Positions 10,249 through 19,083 of a stretch of DNA of 36,041 nucleotides are shown piece by piece. Each line of letters begins with the position of its first letter. The stretch's first letter is position 1. This DNA comes from Gemmatimonadota bacterium (GTDB taxonomy: Bacteria; Gemmatimonadota; Gemmatimonadetes; Gemmatimonadales; GWC2-71-9). The notes under the pieces were generated by a model, which was not told the DNA's origin, did no database searches, and was given only the letters and a program-made list of their open reading frames with translations. Made by a program: the position numbers and the translations under genes. Where the stretch lies: NCBI GenBank assembly GCA_031365045.1, contig JANLXK010000506.1:1-36041 (forward strand), given 5' to 3'.

Positions 10249-12903
10249 ATGCTGACCGCTCTCCTCATCGTTGCGGCCCTGGCCGATACCACACACCCTC
10301 GCCGGAAACCGGTCGCGGACCCGAACACCCCCGCGGCGATCCAGGCCGTGCGACTGTCGGCGGCGGTCAAGGTCGACGGGGTCCTGGATGAAGCGATCTG
10401 GCAGGGGCCGGGGATCGACCGGTTCATCCAGCGCGAGCCTGCCCAGGACTCCCCCCCGACCGAGCGGACCGTAGTCTGGGTCGCCTTCGACGACGAGGCG
10501 CTCTACGTGGCAGCGCGGATGTACGACACCCATCCCGACTCGGTGAAGGCGTTCCTGGCGCGCCGCGACCGGTGGGCGGAGTCGGACCGGTTCAATGTGT
10601 ACGTCGACTCGTACAACGACGACCGCTCGGGCTTCTTCTTCGGCCTGAACGCCGCGGGCACGCAGTACGACGGCACGATGTACAACGACGAGTGGAGTGA
10701 CGATTCGTGGGACGGCGTGTGGACCGGGGCGGTGCACCGCGACGCCGAGGGGTGGACGGCGGAGTTCCGGATCCCCTATTCCGAGCTCCGCTTCCGCGCC
10801 GCCGACCAGCAGACCTGGGGCATCAACTTCAACCGCTTCATCGCCCGGAAGAATGAGCGGGACTATGTGGTGTTCACGCCGCGGAATGGGAGCGGCTACG
10901 TGTCGCGCTTCCCGGACCTCGTGGGGCTGCAGGGGCTCAACCCGCCCCGCCGCCTGGCGGTGATCCCATACGTCACCACGCGCACCACCTTCGCGCCGTC
11001 CGTGGCGGGCGATCCCTTCTTCGACGGCAGCTCGGCCGAGATGACGGTGGGGGCCGACGCCAAGGTCGGGATCGGGAGCAACCTGACCCTCGACGCCACC
11101 ATCAACCCCGACTTCGGGCAGGTGGAGGTGGATCCGGCGTTCGTGAACCTGAGCGACGCGGAGTTCGTCTTCCAGGAGAAGCGCCCCTTCTTCGTGGAAG
11201 GGTCGAACACCTTCAGATTCGGGTTCGGCGGCGCCAACAATTTCTGGGGATTCAACTGGGGCGGCGCGAGCTTCTTCTACAGCCGCCGCGTCGGACGCAC
11301 CCCCCGGGGTGGGGCGACCGCGGACTTCGTGGACTCCCCCGACGGGACCCGCATCCTGGGCGCGGCCAAGCTCACCGGCAAGGTGTTCGGCACCGCCAAC
11401 CTCGGCGTCCTCACCTCGCTCACGCGCCGCGAGTACGCGCAGACCAGTACCGCAGATGTCCGCGGCGAGACCGAGGTCGAGCCCCTCGCCTCCTACACGG
11501 TGGCGCGGCTGCAGAACGAGTTCCACAGCGGGCGCCAGGGCCTCGGCCTGATCGCGACCTTCGCGGGCCGCTCGTTCGACAACGACGCCCTCAAGGACGT
11601 GGTCAACAGCTCCTCGCTCGGCCTCGGCGTGGACGGGTGGGTGACCCTCGACCACGACGCGAAGTGGGTCCTGACCGGGTGGACCGGGTTCACCAACATC
11701 AACGGCACCGCCGACCGGATCGCCGCGGTACAGCGCGGGAGTGTGCACTACTTCCAGCGCCCTGACGCCACCGAGGTGAGCTACGACCCGACCCGCACCT
11801 CGCTCTCGGGGTGGGCGTCGCGGGTGCTGCTCAACAAGCAGAAGGGGAACTGGACTTTCAACGCAGCGGCCGCGGCGATCAGCCCCGGCTTCGACCAGAA
11901 CGACCTGGGTCTCAACTCGCGCGCCGACCTGCTCAACGCCCACATGGTGGTGGGGTACAAGTGGACCACCCCGTCGTCCTGGTACCAGTCCGCCCGCACC
12001 GACGGGGGCAGCTACCAGACGCGCGATTTCGCCTGGAACACCACATCGGTCGGCTACTTCGACATGGGATTCATCGAGTTCAAGAACTATTACAGCGTCA
12101 ACTGGAGCCTCTTCTACTCACCGTCGACGCTCAACAACCGCCTCACCCGCGGTGGGCCGATGCTCCGCTCTCCCCGGTCGCTGAGCTGGAACCTCAATTT
12201 CGGCACCGACTCGCGGAAGCGGCTCAGCGCCAGCACCTACGTGTCGCACGAGGGCACCCTCGCGGGGCTGCACGACGACAGCTGGAGCACCGGGGCCTTC
12301 CTCGAATACCGTCCGAGCACCAGCCTGAGCCTCTCGGCAGGGCCGGACCTGAGCCTCAACCAGACGGCGTACCAGAACATCGGTCGCTATGACGACGCGA
12401 CCGCCACCGAGACCTACGGCAGCCGATACCTCTTCGGCGACCTGGACCAGACCACCCTCTCAGCCAACATCCGGGCTAATTGGATCTTCTCGCCCCGGCT
12501 CTCGCTCGAAGTGTTCGCCCAGCCCTTCGTCTCGAGCGGCAACTTCACCCAGATCCGCGCGCTGAGCCGGGCCGGCGCCGAGGACCTCCTGGCCTTTGGG
12601 CAGGATGGCGCTTCCACGCAGACCGACGTGGCGGGCGACATCACCGTGGACGCGGACGGGGCCGGGCCGGCGCCGAGCTACAACGTCGGGAACCCCGACT
12701 TCACCTTTGCCTCGCTCCGGGGCAACGCCGTGGTGCGGTGGGAGTACGTCCCGGGGGCGACGATCTTCCTCGTCTGGACACAGGACCGCGCCTACGGCGA
12801 CAGCGAGGGGGCTTTCCAGCCCCGGAACTCGTTCCGCAACCTCTTCGACCAGAAGGCGCGGAACATCTTTGCGGTGAAGGGGACGTACTACTGGAGGCCG
12901 TGA
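10249..12903 (+). CDS. CBM9/DOMON-like N-terminal domain plus DUF5916-type large beta-rich envelope protein
   Basis: 884 aa with a signal-like N-terminus. VDGVLDEAIWQ...FIQREP...VWVAFDDEALYVAARMYD is typical of the carbohydrate-binding family 9-like domain that heads DUF5916 proteins. The C-terminus is aromatic-rich and barrel-like (...VKGTYYWRP). Confidence 0.8.
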   Translation: MLTALLIVAALADTTHPRRKPVADPNTPAAIQAVRLSAAVKVDGVLDEAIWQGPGIDRFIQREPAQDSPPTERTVVWVAFDDEALYVAARMYDTHPDSVKAFLARRDRWAESDRFNVYVDSYNDDRSGFFFGLNAAGTQYDGTMYNDEWSDDSWDGVWTGAVHRDAEGWTAEFRIPYSELRFRAADQQTWGINFNRFIARKNERDYVVFTPRNGSGYVSRFPDLVGLQGLNPPRRLAVIPYVTTRTTFAPSVAGDPFFDGSSAEMTVGADAKVGIGSNLTLDATINPDFGQVEVDPAFVNLSDAEFVFQEKRPFFVEGSNTFRFGFGGANNFWGFNWGGASFFYSRRVGRTPRGGATADFVDSPDGTRILGAAKLTGKVFGTANLGVLTSLTRREYAQTSTADVRGETEVEPLASYTVARLQNEFHSGRQGLGLIATFAGRSFDNDALKDVVNSSSLGLGVDGWVTLDHDAKWVLTGWTGFTNINGTADRIAAVQRGSVHYFQRPDATEVSYDPTRTSLSGWASRVLLNKQKGNWTFNAAAAAISPGFDQNDLGLNSRADLLNAHMVVGYKWTTPSSWYQSARTDGGSYQTRDFAWNTTSVGYFDMGFIEFKNYYSVNWSLFYSPSTLNNRLTRGGPMLRSPRSLSWNLNFGTDSRKRLSASTYVSHEGTLAGLHDDSWSTGAFLEYRPSTSLSLSAGPDLSLNQTAYQNIGRYDDATATETYGSRYLFGDLDQTTLSANIRANWIFSPRLSLEVFAQPFVSSGNFTQIRALSRAGAEDLLAFGQDGASTQTDVAGDITVDADGAGPAPSYNVGNPDFTFASLRGNAVVRWEYVPGATIFLVWTQDRAYGDSEGAFQPRNSFRNLFDQKARNIFAVKGTYYWRP

Positions 12904-12936
12904 GCCCTCCCCTCCGGGGAGGAGGTAGGAAGAGAT

Positions 12937-12996
12937 GAAGGTAGGAAGGTAGGAAGAGGCCCCCGTGCGGGTCCTGCTTCCTACCCTCCTACCTTC
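12937..12996. repeat. Inverted octamer arrays GAAGGTAGGAAGGTAGGAAG / CTTCCTACCCTCCTACCTTC
   Basis: 19 of 20 positions are complementary and the spacer is 20 nt. Preceded by a small CCTCCCC-TCC-GGGGAGG hairpin directly after the stop at 12903. Confidence 0.85.
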
Positions 12997-13035
12997 CTCC
13001 CTTCTCACCCCCCTCCGTCCGACCTACCTTCTGAC

Positions 13036-14142
13036 ATGCGCCACCCCTTCCTCCCCGCCCTCCCCTCGCTCTCGCTCGGGGCATGCCTCTGCCTGGCCTC
13101 CTGCGCCCCGCGGAAGCAGCTCCCGCCGCCGGTGTACGACCTCGTGGCCGCGGCCGACACGGTCCGCCTCTCCGACACCGAGATCGCTGACGCGATCTGG
13201 CTCGGCGGTGACCGCTGGGCCCTCCTCGCCCCGCAGGCCAAGACGGTGCGGATCATCGACTTCGCCACCCGGCGCGCGCAGGCGCTGGGGCGGCCGGGCA
13301 AGGACTACCTCGAGCCGTTCGCACTCTTCCGTGCCGGGGACACCCTCTACGTCGACGACTGGGGGAAGCGCCGAGTCACCGGCTGGTCGCTCGCCGGTGC
13401 AATGGTCTCATCACTCGAGGCCCCGGCACCCTTCCGCGGCGCCTTGCCGCGGGGACGCGATGCCGCGGGAGGGTGGTACGCCGAGTTGCGGCCGTTCCCG
13501 GGAGCGGATGGGAGCGGCAACCTCGATTCGGGAGTGGTGGTCCGCTGGAAGGAGGGCGCCACGAGCGACACCGTCCTGCGCCTCGCTCCCTATCAGCTCG
13601 AGCGGGTGACCCGGAATGGCGGGAGCCGGTACGAACGGCTCGTCTTCAGCGGTGTCGACCAATGGGGAGTGCGGCCGGAGGGGACGGTCTGGATCGCGCG
13701 GGTGATCCAGAACCTGCTCGAGACCTGCGCCCCCGCGCACGGAGACTGCGTGCGCGGGCCCCCGCTCCCGGACCAGGTGCTCGAAGTCACGATCCAGGAC
13801 CGCGACTATTTCCTGCAGGCCTTCCCCGCGGACCAACGCTCCCTCACCGAGGGGATCCCGTTCGCGATCGTGAAGCCGCCGTTCGAACACGCCTTCACGG
13901 CGGCGGATGGGGGGATCTGGCTCGAGCGGAGCCGGATGCTCACTGACAGCACGCGGAGCTACCGGTCTCTCCGCCCGGACGGCACCGCGCGGATGGAGGT
14001 CCGGATCAAGAACGCCCAGCGGATCCTCGGCGCCGACCCGGACCACCTGCTGGCGATCGACCCGCTGGTGCCGGGCCCCGGACATCGGGTGCTCAGGTAT
14101 GCGACGCCGGTGGTGGTGGATACGGCGACGACGAATCCGTAG
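13036..14142 (+). CDS. Hypothetical lipoprotein
   Basis: 368 aa with an N-terminal lipobox (LCLASC). No family recognised. Confidence 0.7.
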   Translation: MRHPFLPALPSLSLGACLCLASCAPRKQLPPPVYDLVAAADTVRLSDTEIADAIWLGGDRWALLAPQAKTVRIIDFATRRAQALGRPGKDYLEPFALFRAGDTLYVDDWGKRRVTGWSLAGAMVSSLEAPAPFRGALPRGRDAAGGWYAELRPFPGADGSGNLDSGVVVRWKEGATSDTVLRLAPYQLERVTRNGGSRYERLVFSGVDQWGVRPEGTVWIARVIQNLLETCAPAHGDCVRGPPLPDQVLEVTIQDRDYFLQAFPADQRSLTEGIPFAIVKPPFEHAFTAADGGIWLERSRMLTDSTRSYRSLRPDGTARMEVRIKNAQRILGADPDHLLAIDPLVPGPGHRVLRYATPVVVDTATTNP

Positions 14143-14199
14143 TCAAGATCGGGACCGTCCCGAGGCTTGTCCTGAGCGCAGCGAAGGAAGCGCCAGCGA

Positions 14200-14238
14200 C
14201 GAAGGACCTGGCTTGACGAGCTAGGTCCTTCGCTTTTC
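14200..14238 (+). terminator. Intrinsic terminator candidate
   Basis: CGAAGGACCT-N13-AGGTCCTTCG (10-bp stem) followed by CTTTTCC. Lies 58 nt after the stop of the lipoprotein gene. Confidence 0.6.
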
Positions 14239-14253
14239 CGCCTCACCCCCCGA

Positions 14254-14281
14254 CCCCCTCTCCACATACGTGGAGAGGGGG
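14254..14281 (-). terminator. 12-bp perfect hairpin CCCCCTCTCCAC-ATAC-GTGGAGAGGGGG
   Basis: Starts 6 nt after the stop of the minus-strand gene 14287-14991. There is no U-run, so terminator function is uncertain. Confidence 0.45.
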
Positions 14282-14286
14282 AGTTC

Positions 14287-14991
14287 TCACGACCGTGCGT
14301 CCTCCTCGAACGGGGGCTTCGCAGGCTCCGGCTGTTTCCGCCCTTGTTCGTACCAGCGGCGGGTGATCTCGCCGGCAAGCTCCCGGTTGCCGAGGCCGAA
14401 GGCGAGCCCGGTGGCGAGCGCGATGGAGCCGAGGATCAGGGTGAAGGCGGTAGTGACGATCTCGGGGGCGACGCCGACCTGCTGGATCGCCATGAACACC
14501 GCGATGAGGACCACCGCCGCCTTGGCCAGCTTGGCGAGGGTGTTCACCCCTTCGACCGTTCCCGCCGACGCGAGGATGACGCCACGGAGGAACTCACCGA
14601 GGATGATCCCGAGGATGATGATGACGATGCCGGCCACGAGGGTCGGGATGAAGTTCAGCATCATCACGAACATCTCGCTCAGCCGGTCGAGCCCGAAGGC
14701 GGCGCTCGACAGGAAGATCACCATCAGCATCACGAGCCAGAAGATGAGGCGGCCGACGGCCCGGACGGGATCGATGCCCCGACCGGTGGCACGTCCGATC
14801 GGGCCGCTCAATCCGCTCTCGCGGGCGGTCCGGTTGAAGTCGAGCCGGTCGAGGACACTGTCGATGAAGCGTTCGATCTGGCGCGCCAGGAGGTATCCGG
14901 CGAGCAGGATGGCGAGCGCCACGACGGCGGCAGGCACGATGCCGCCGAGGGAGGTGAGGCTTTCGCGGAGCCGGGCCAGGAGTTCGTTCAT
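14287..14991 (-). CDS. Membrane protein with conserved TM-helix repeats (MscS-associated type)
   Basis: 234 aa with several TM helices. The repeated pattern ...IVPAAVVALAILLAGYLLAR... and the loop RESGL resemble the TM_helix repeat found in mechanosensitive-channel relatives. ATGA overlap with the upstream gene. Confidence 0.6.
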   Translation of the reverse strand: MNELLARLRESLTSLGGIVPAAVVALAILLAGYLLARQIERFIDSVLDRLDFNRTARESGLSGPIGRATGRGIDPVRAVGRLIFWLVMLMVIFLSSAAFGLDRLSEMFVMMLNFIPTLVAGIVIIILGIILGEFLRGVILASAGTVEGVNTLAKLAKAAVVLIAVFMAIQQVGVAPEIVTTAFTLILGSIALATGLAFGLGNRELAGEITRRWYEQGRKQPEPAKPPFEEDARS

Positions 14992-16025
14992 GGGGAGACC
15001 TCGATGACGAGCTTGCCCGCCTGGGATCCGGCGGAGAGTCGGTGGAACGCGTCGAGCGCGTGCGCGAGCGGCACCGTGGAATCGACGACCGGCCGGAGGA
15101 GTCCCTGCGCGGCCAGCGCGGCGACCGTGCGGTATTCTGCGTGGCTACCCATCGTGGAGCCGAGGATGCTCCACTGGTGCCAGAAGAGCCGGCGGAGGTC
15201 GAATCCGGCCTCGGGCCCGCTGGTGGCGCCGCACACGACCACTCGACCGCCGCGCGCCAGGCAGCGGAGGGTGCGGTCCCAGGTGACCTGCCCGACGCTG
15301 TCGACGACGACCGGACACCCTGAGCGCCCGGTCAGTTCCTTCACGCGGGCCACGACATCTTCGGTCGCGTGATCGATGACCTCATCGGCGCCGAGTCGGC
15401 GCGCGAGCGCCAGCTTCTCGGTGGTGGAACTCGTCGCGATGACGCGGGCACCGAGGTGTTTGGCGATCCCGATGCAGGCCTGCGCGACCCCGCCGCCGGC
15501 ACCCCAGATGAGGACCGTTTCGCCCGCGCGGAGGCGGGCGCGGGTGAGCAGCATCCGCCAGGCGGTCAGCGCCGCGAGCGAGAAGGCGGCGCTCTCGGCC
15601 CATGACCATCCGGCGGGACGGGGGGCGAGATTGGCGGCCGGCACGGCGACGACCTCGGCGATGGTACCGGGAAGGTGTTCGCCGAGGATGCCGAAGCGGT
15701 CGCAGAACGGCTCGTCGCCGGCGCGACAGGCAGGGCAATCGCCGCAGCTCACGCCCGGATCGAACATCACTTCATCGCCGATCGCCACACCGGTGACGCC
15801 GGCGCCCACGGCGCTCACCACGCCGGCGCCGTCGGCGCCGACGATGTGTGGCAGCACCGGGGCACCGCCGGGTACGCCGGCCGCGACAAAGAGATCGAGG
15901 CGATTGAGAGCGGCGGCCCGGACCCGAACGTGCACCCACCCCGGCGCGGGAGGCGCGGGGGTGGGGATGTCGACCAACTGGAGGCGGTCGAGACCGCCGG
16001 GTGCGACGAGGACGAGGGCGCGCAT
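14988..16025 (-). CDS. Zinc-type alcohol dehydrogenase / quinone oxidoreductase (MDR superfamily)
   Basis: 345 aa with MDR-like layout: GroES-like N-terminus (VRVRAAALNRLD, GADGAGVV), a Cys-rich CGDCPAC segment and a Rossmann motif VLIWGAGGGVA. Confidence 0.9.
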   Translation of the reverse strand: MRALVLVAPGGLDRLQLVDIPTPAPPAPGWVHVRVRAAALNRLDLFVAAGVPGGAPVLPHIVGADGAGVVSAVGAGVTGVAIGDEVMFDPGVSCGDCPACRAGDEPFCDRFGILGEHLPGTIAEVVAVPAANLAPRPAGWSWAESAAFSLAALTAWRMLLTRARLRAGETVLIWGAGGGVAQACIGIAKHLGARVIATSSTTEKLALARRLGADEVIDHATEDVVARVKELTGRSGCPVVVDSVGQVTWDRTLRCLARGGRVVVCGATSGPEAGFDLRRLFWHQWSILGSTMGSHAEYRTVAALAAQGLLRPVVDSTVPLAHALDAFHRLSAGSQAGKLVIEVSP

Positions 16026-16051
16026 CGAGGGACCCGACCCGCGCCGGATGG

Positions 16052-18301
16052 CTAGAAAGTGGGGAAGGCCAGGGTCTCGCTCACGGGGGTGCGGACCGCC
16101 GTGGGGGTGCTTCCCGTCGCGATCGTCTGGACGTAGAGCACCGTCTTGGTCCTCTGGTTGCGGACATTCTCGAGCGGCTCGGTCGTCACGTAGGCCAGCG
16201 AGTTCCCGTCACGCGAGACCCCGAAGGCAGTGATCGGGTACGGTGTCACGGCGAGCACCGTCCGGACGTTGGTACCTTGTGCGATCCGGATGATCTGAAA
16301 TCCCCGGTCGTGGTCCGCCTCGACGAGTGTCACCATGTCGCCATTGGGGAGCCAGCGCACCTGCAGCTCCTTGTCCGGGGTCGCGGTGACGTTCCGCGGC
16401 GCGCTCCCCGCGATGTCCATCACGTAGGCATCCGGCTTCCGGTCCTTGGTGCCGATGAAGGCGACCCAATGCCCATCGGGCGAGACGACCGGCGACTCGG
16501 CGTTGGCGGGGGGCACCGTGAGGACGCGGCGGCCTGTGCCGTCCACGTTGATGATCGCCAGCTGGTCCCCTTCCCGGCGGGTGGTGACCGTGAAGAGGAT
16601 CCGCAGTCCGTCCGGAGTCCACGAGGGCGTGGTCTCGGGGAGGGTGTCGGTCGTCAGCGCGCGGGCGTTCCGTCCGTCGGCGTCCGCGAGCCAGAGATCG
16701 TAGTTCTTTCCGTCGGCGGTCACGCTGAACACGATGCGTCGCCGGTCGGGCGAGAGTGCCGGCGCAAAGAGCCGGCGTGTGTCGGTGTAGAGCGGGAGCA
16801 CCGAGTCGGGATGCGCCAGGCTGATCTGGTAGATCCCCGGGGTCCCGCGGAGCTTGCGGTCGGAAGTGAGGATGATGTCACCACTGACCACGGCGTCGAT
16901 GGTGTCGGCCCGCCCCCATGTGGCGCCGGCGACGATCATCGCACGCCCGGGCGCGAGGGCCTCGAACTTCCCCGTGGCGCTCACCCGTACCACTTCGGGG
17001 CGGTCGCTGGTCCAGGTCAGGTCGGGGGCGGGACCGAAATCGGTCCCCTGCTCGTCCTTGAGGTGCGCGGCCATCGTGAGCGTCTCGCCGCTCTTCATGC
17101 CGATCCGGTCCTGCGCCATGACCACCACGCCAGGGACGACATTGATGGTCCAGACTTTCGGCTCATAGCCGCGGACGGTCAGGAGCAGTGTCGTGGTGCC
17201 TTGGCGCTTGCCCGTGACCCGCCCGGTCGCGACATCGTAGCTTGCGACGTTCGAGTCGGACACGGACCACCGGAGCGGGGCCTCGGGAATGGGTGTAGAG
17301 TCGGCAGCTTCGGCCACCCCCTTCACCGCGCGGTAGCCGTGGATCGGCACGATGACGGGGCCGTCCGCGGGCGCGGGCGAGAGGGTGAAGTAGGCGATCA
17401 GACGGTGCACCGTCACCGGGACCCGGACCTCCTGGAAGTAGCCGGTCACGATGACCTCGACCTGCCCGGGGCTCCGCGCCTGCATCACGCCGGTCGGACC
17501 GACCTGCACGATGTTGGGATTGGTCGAGGTGAAGGTCAGCCCCGCCTCGAGCCGCCGGCTGTTCTGGGACGGCACCACCACCCGGACCGTATCGATCTCG
17601 TCGGGCGAAAGGCCGATCGACTTCCGCTGCATCTCGAACGCCACCGCGCTCACCTGGACCGGAGCGGTGGTGCTGAGCCCGTTGGCGAGCCGAGCCTCGA
17701 TGGTGCCGCCGCCGGCCGCGAGGCCGACGACCACGCCGTTGATCGAGTCACTGATGGAGATCGCGCCGGGCGCGAGGCTCCGCCAGATCGCGGACACCGG
17801 TCCCAGCGAGCTCCCGTCGGGGGCGATCGCCTTGGCGATCAGGCGCTGGCTCTCGCTCGGCACGAGGTAGATCGTGGCCGGGTCGATGATGATCCGACTG
17901 GTGTTGGCCGGGGCGGCGGGCAAGGTCCCCCCGACGCTCGGCGCCCCTCCGCCCACAGCGCCCGCGCTGCCGGAGACCGTCACCGGCACGGTGACGGAAC
18001 GGGTCCCCGCGCGCACTTCGACATTGGTGCTTCCGGCCGCGCGGCCGACGACCGCGCCATCGGCGTCGACGCTCGCGATCGCAGGCGCGGTGCTGCGATA
18101 GGTGAAGCGGGCCGTCGGGATGACGTTGCCGCTCCGGTCGAAGGCGGCGGGAAAGAGCGACTTCCGCTCACCGACACGCAGCGTGAGATTCTCGGGCGAC
18201 ACCTGCAGCTCGCTCACCGCCTGGGCGGCGGCGGCGCTGGCCAGCAGAGTGAGGACGCCCGCGACGGTCACGAGTCGGCGAAGCAGAAGCATGGCGAGCA
18301 C
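16052..18301 (-). CDS. Secreted protein with Ig-like (Big_2-type) domains and a C-terminal TolB-like PD40 beta-propeller
   Basis: 749 aa with a signal peptide ending AAAAQA. Repeated VxxG..Vtv Ig-like modules. The C-terminal repeats (LSPDRRRIVFS...DLWLADADG, PSWTPDG, VVSPDGHWVAF) are typical PD40/TolB repeats. The ATG at 18292 is a likelier start than the GTG at 18301. Confidence 0.85.
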   Translation of the reverse strand: MLAMLLLRRLVTVAGVLTLLASAAAAQAVSELQVSPENLTLRVGERKSLFPAAFDRSGNVIPTARFTYRSTAPAIASVDADGAVVGRAAGSTNVEVRAGTRSVTVPVTVSGSAGAVGGGAPSVGGTLPAAPANTSRIIIDPATIYLVPSESQRLIAKAIAPDGSSLGPVSAIWRSLAPGAISISDSINGVVVGLAAGGGTIEARLANGLSTTAPVQVSAVAFEMQRKSIGLSPDEIDTVRVVVPSQNSRRLEAGLTFTSTNPNIVQVGPTGVMQARSPGQVEVIVTGYFQEVRVPVTVHRLIAYFTLSPAPADGPVIVPIHGYRAVKGVAEAADSTPIPEAPLRWSVSDSNVASYDVATGRVTGKRQGTTTLLLTVRGYEPKVWTINVVPGVVVMAQDRIGMKSGETLTMAAHLKDEQGTDFGPAPDLTWTSDRPEVVRVSATGKFEALAPGRAMIVAGATWGRADTIDAVVSGDIILTSDRKLRGTPGIYQISLAHPDSVLPLYTDTRRLFAPALSPDRRRIVFSVTADGKNYDLWLADADGRNARALTTDTLPETTPSWTPDGLRILFTVTTRREGDQLAIINVDGTGRRVLTVPPANAESPVVSPDGHWVAFIGTKDRKPDAYVMDIAGSAPRNVTATPDKELQVRWLPNGDMVTLVEADHDRGFQIIRIAQGTNVRTVLAVTPYPITAFGVSRDGNSLAYVTTEPLENVRNQRTKTVLYVQTIATGSTPTAVRTPVSETLAFPTF

Positions 18302-18410
18302 CTGATCAAGAATTGGGAAGGCCGGAAATGGGCCGCCAGAAATATGCGCCGGGACCTGACCCCATGCAACCTGTTGTCAGGCAATGACATGGGGCGCAGA
18401 CAGGGCCCGC

Positions 18411-18420
18411 GGGGGGGGGG
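18411..18420. repeat. G10 homopolymer tract
   Basis: Counted directly: flanked by c at 18410 and a at 18421. Lies in the divergent intergenic region. Confidence 0.9.
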
Positions 18421-18455
18421 AGCGCTCACCGAGGAGCCTCCCAGCCGCCCCACTA

Positions 18456-18461
18456 TATAAT
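18456..18461 (+). promoter_or_regulatory. Perfect TATAAT hexamer (candidate -10)
   Basis: Sequence context is ctaTATAATgtag. No convincing -35. If functional, it would give a ~240-nt leader for the Lys-rich protein gene. Confidence 0.3.
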
Positions 18462-18705
18462 GTAGAGGCAGCGCGAAGACCCACTTCCTGGGACCTAAGT
18501 TGTTATCGAACAACAAGTTACATTGGTGGAGCCCACCTGGGGCCCCAGGACCTGTCGGGGAGGTGGAGACCAGGACGCAGACCGGTCGATCCTCCACCGC
18601 TTGCAGAACCGAACTCGTCGTGCAACTTATATCACGGACATATATGGGCGCGGGGATGCCCGTCACCATTGCGGCGGGGCACGCCGCAGTCACTCGGAGG
18701 GCGGA

Positions 18706-19017
18706 ATGATGGCCGAGCTGAACGAGATGGATATGGGGTGGTCGGGAGCGGGGTGGATGGATCCGGCGCCGATGTCGAGCACGCCCGAACCGGCGCCCGT
18801 GCCGGCCTGGACCCCGATGGCCGAACCGGCGAGGAAGCCCGCGGCCAAGAAGAAGGCGGCAAGGAAACCCGCCAAGAAGAAGGCGGCCAAAAAGAAGGTC
18901 GCCAAGAAGAGCGCGCGGAAGCCCGCCAAGAAGAAGGCGGCCAAGAAGAAGGCCGCCAAGCGGAAGCCCGCGAAGAAGGCCGCCAAGAAGAAGGGCGGCA
19001 AGAAGAAGCGGCGCTGA
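18706..19017 (+). CDS. Lys/Ala-rich histone-H1-like (nucleoid-associated) protein
   Basis: The ATG is preceded by GGAGGG. 103 aa with an acidic/aromatic N-terminal 40 aa, then a KPAAKKKAARKPAKKKAAKKK... tail encoded by imperfect tandem AAGAAGAAGGCGGCC repeats. Confidence 0.75.
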   Translation: MMAELNEMDMGWSGAGWMDPAPMSSTPEPAPVPAWTPMAEPARKPAAKKKAARKPAKKKAAKKKVAKKSARKPAKKKAAKKKAAKRKPAKKAAKKKGGKKKRR

Positions 19018-19083
19018 AGCGCATACCATACGGGCAGGGGGCGCGGACCACCGCGCCCCTCGCTACTCCCCGACCTGACCCCG

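Noticed and set aside
18268-19029. 253-aa Leu/Gly-rich minus-strand ORF.
   Set aside because: It is the reverse-complement reading of the Lys/Ala-rich tail (AAG/GCC repeats read as CTT/GGC). The plus-strand gene has a good Shine-Dalgarno and a sensible architecture.
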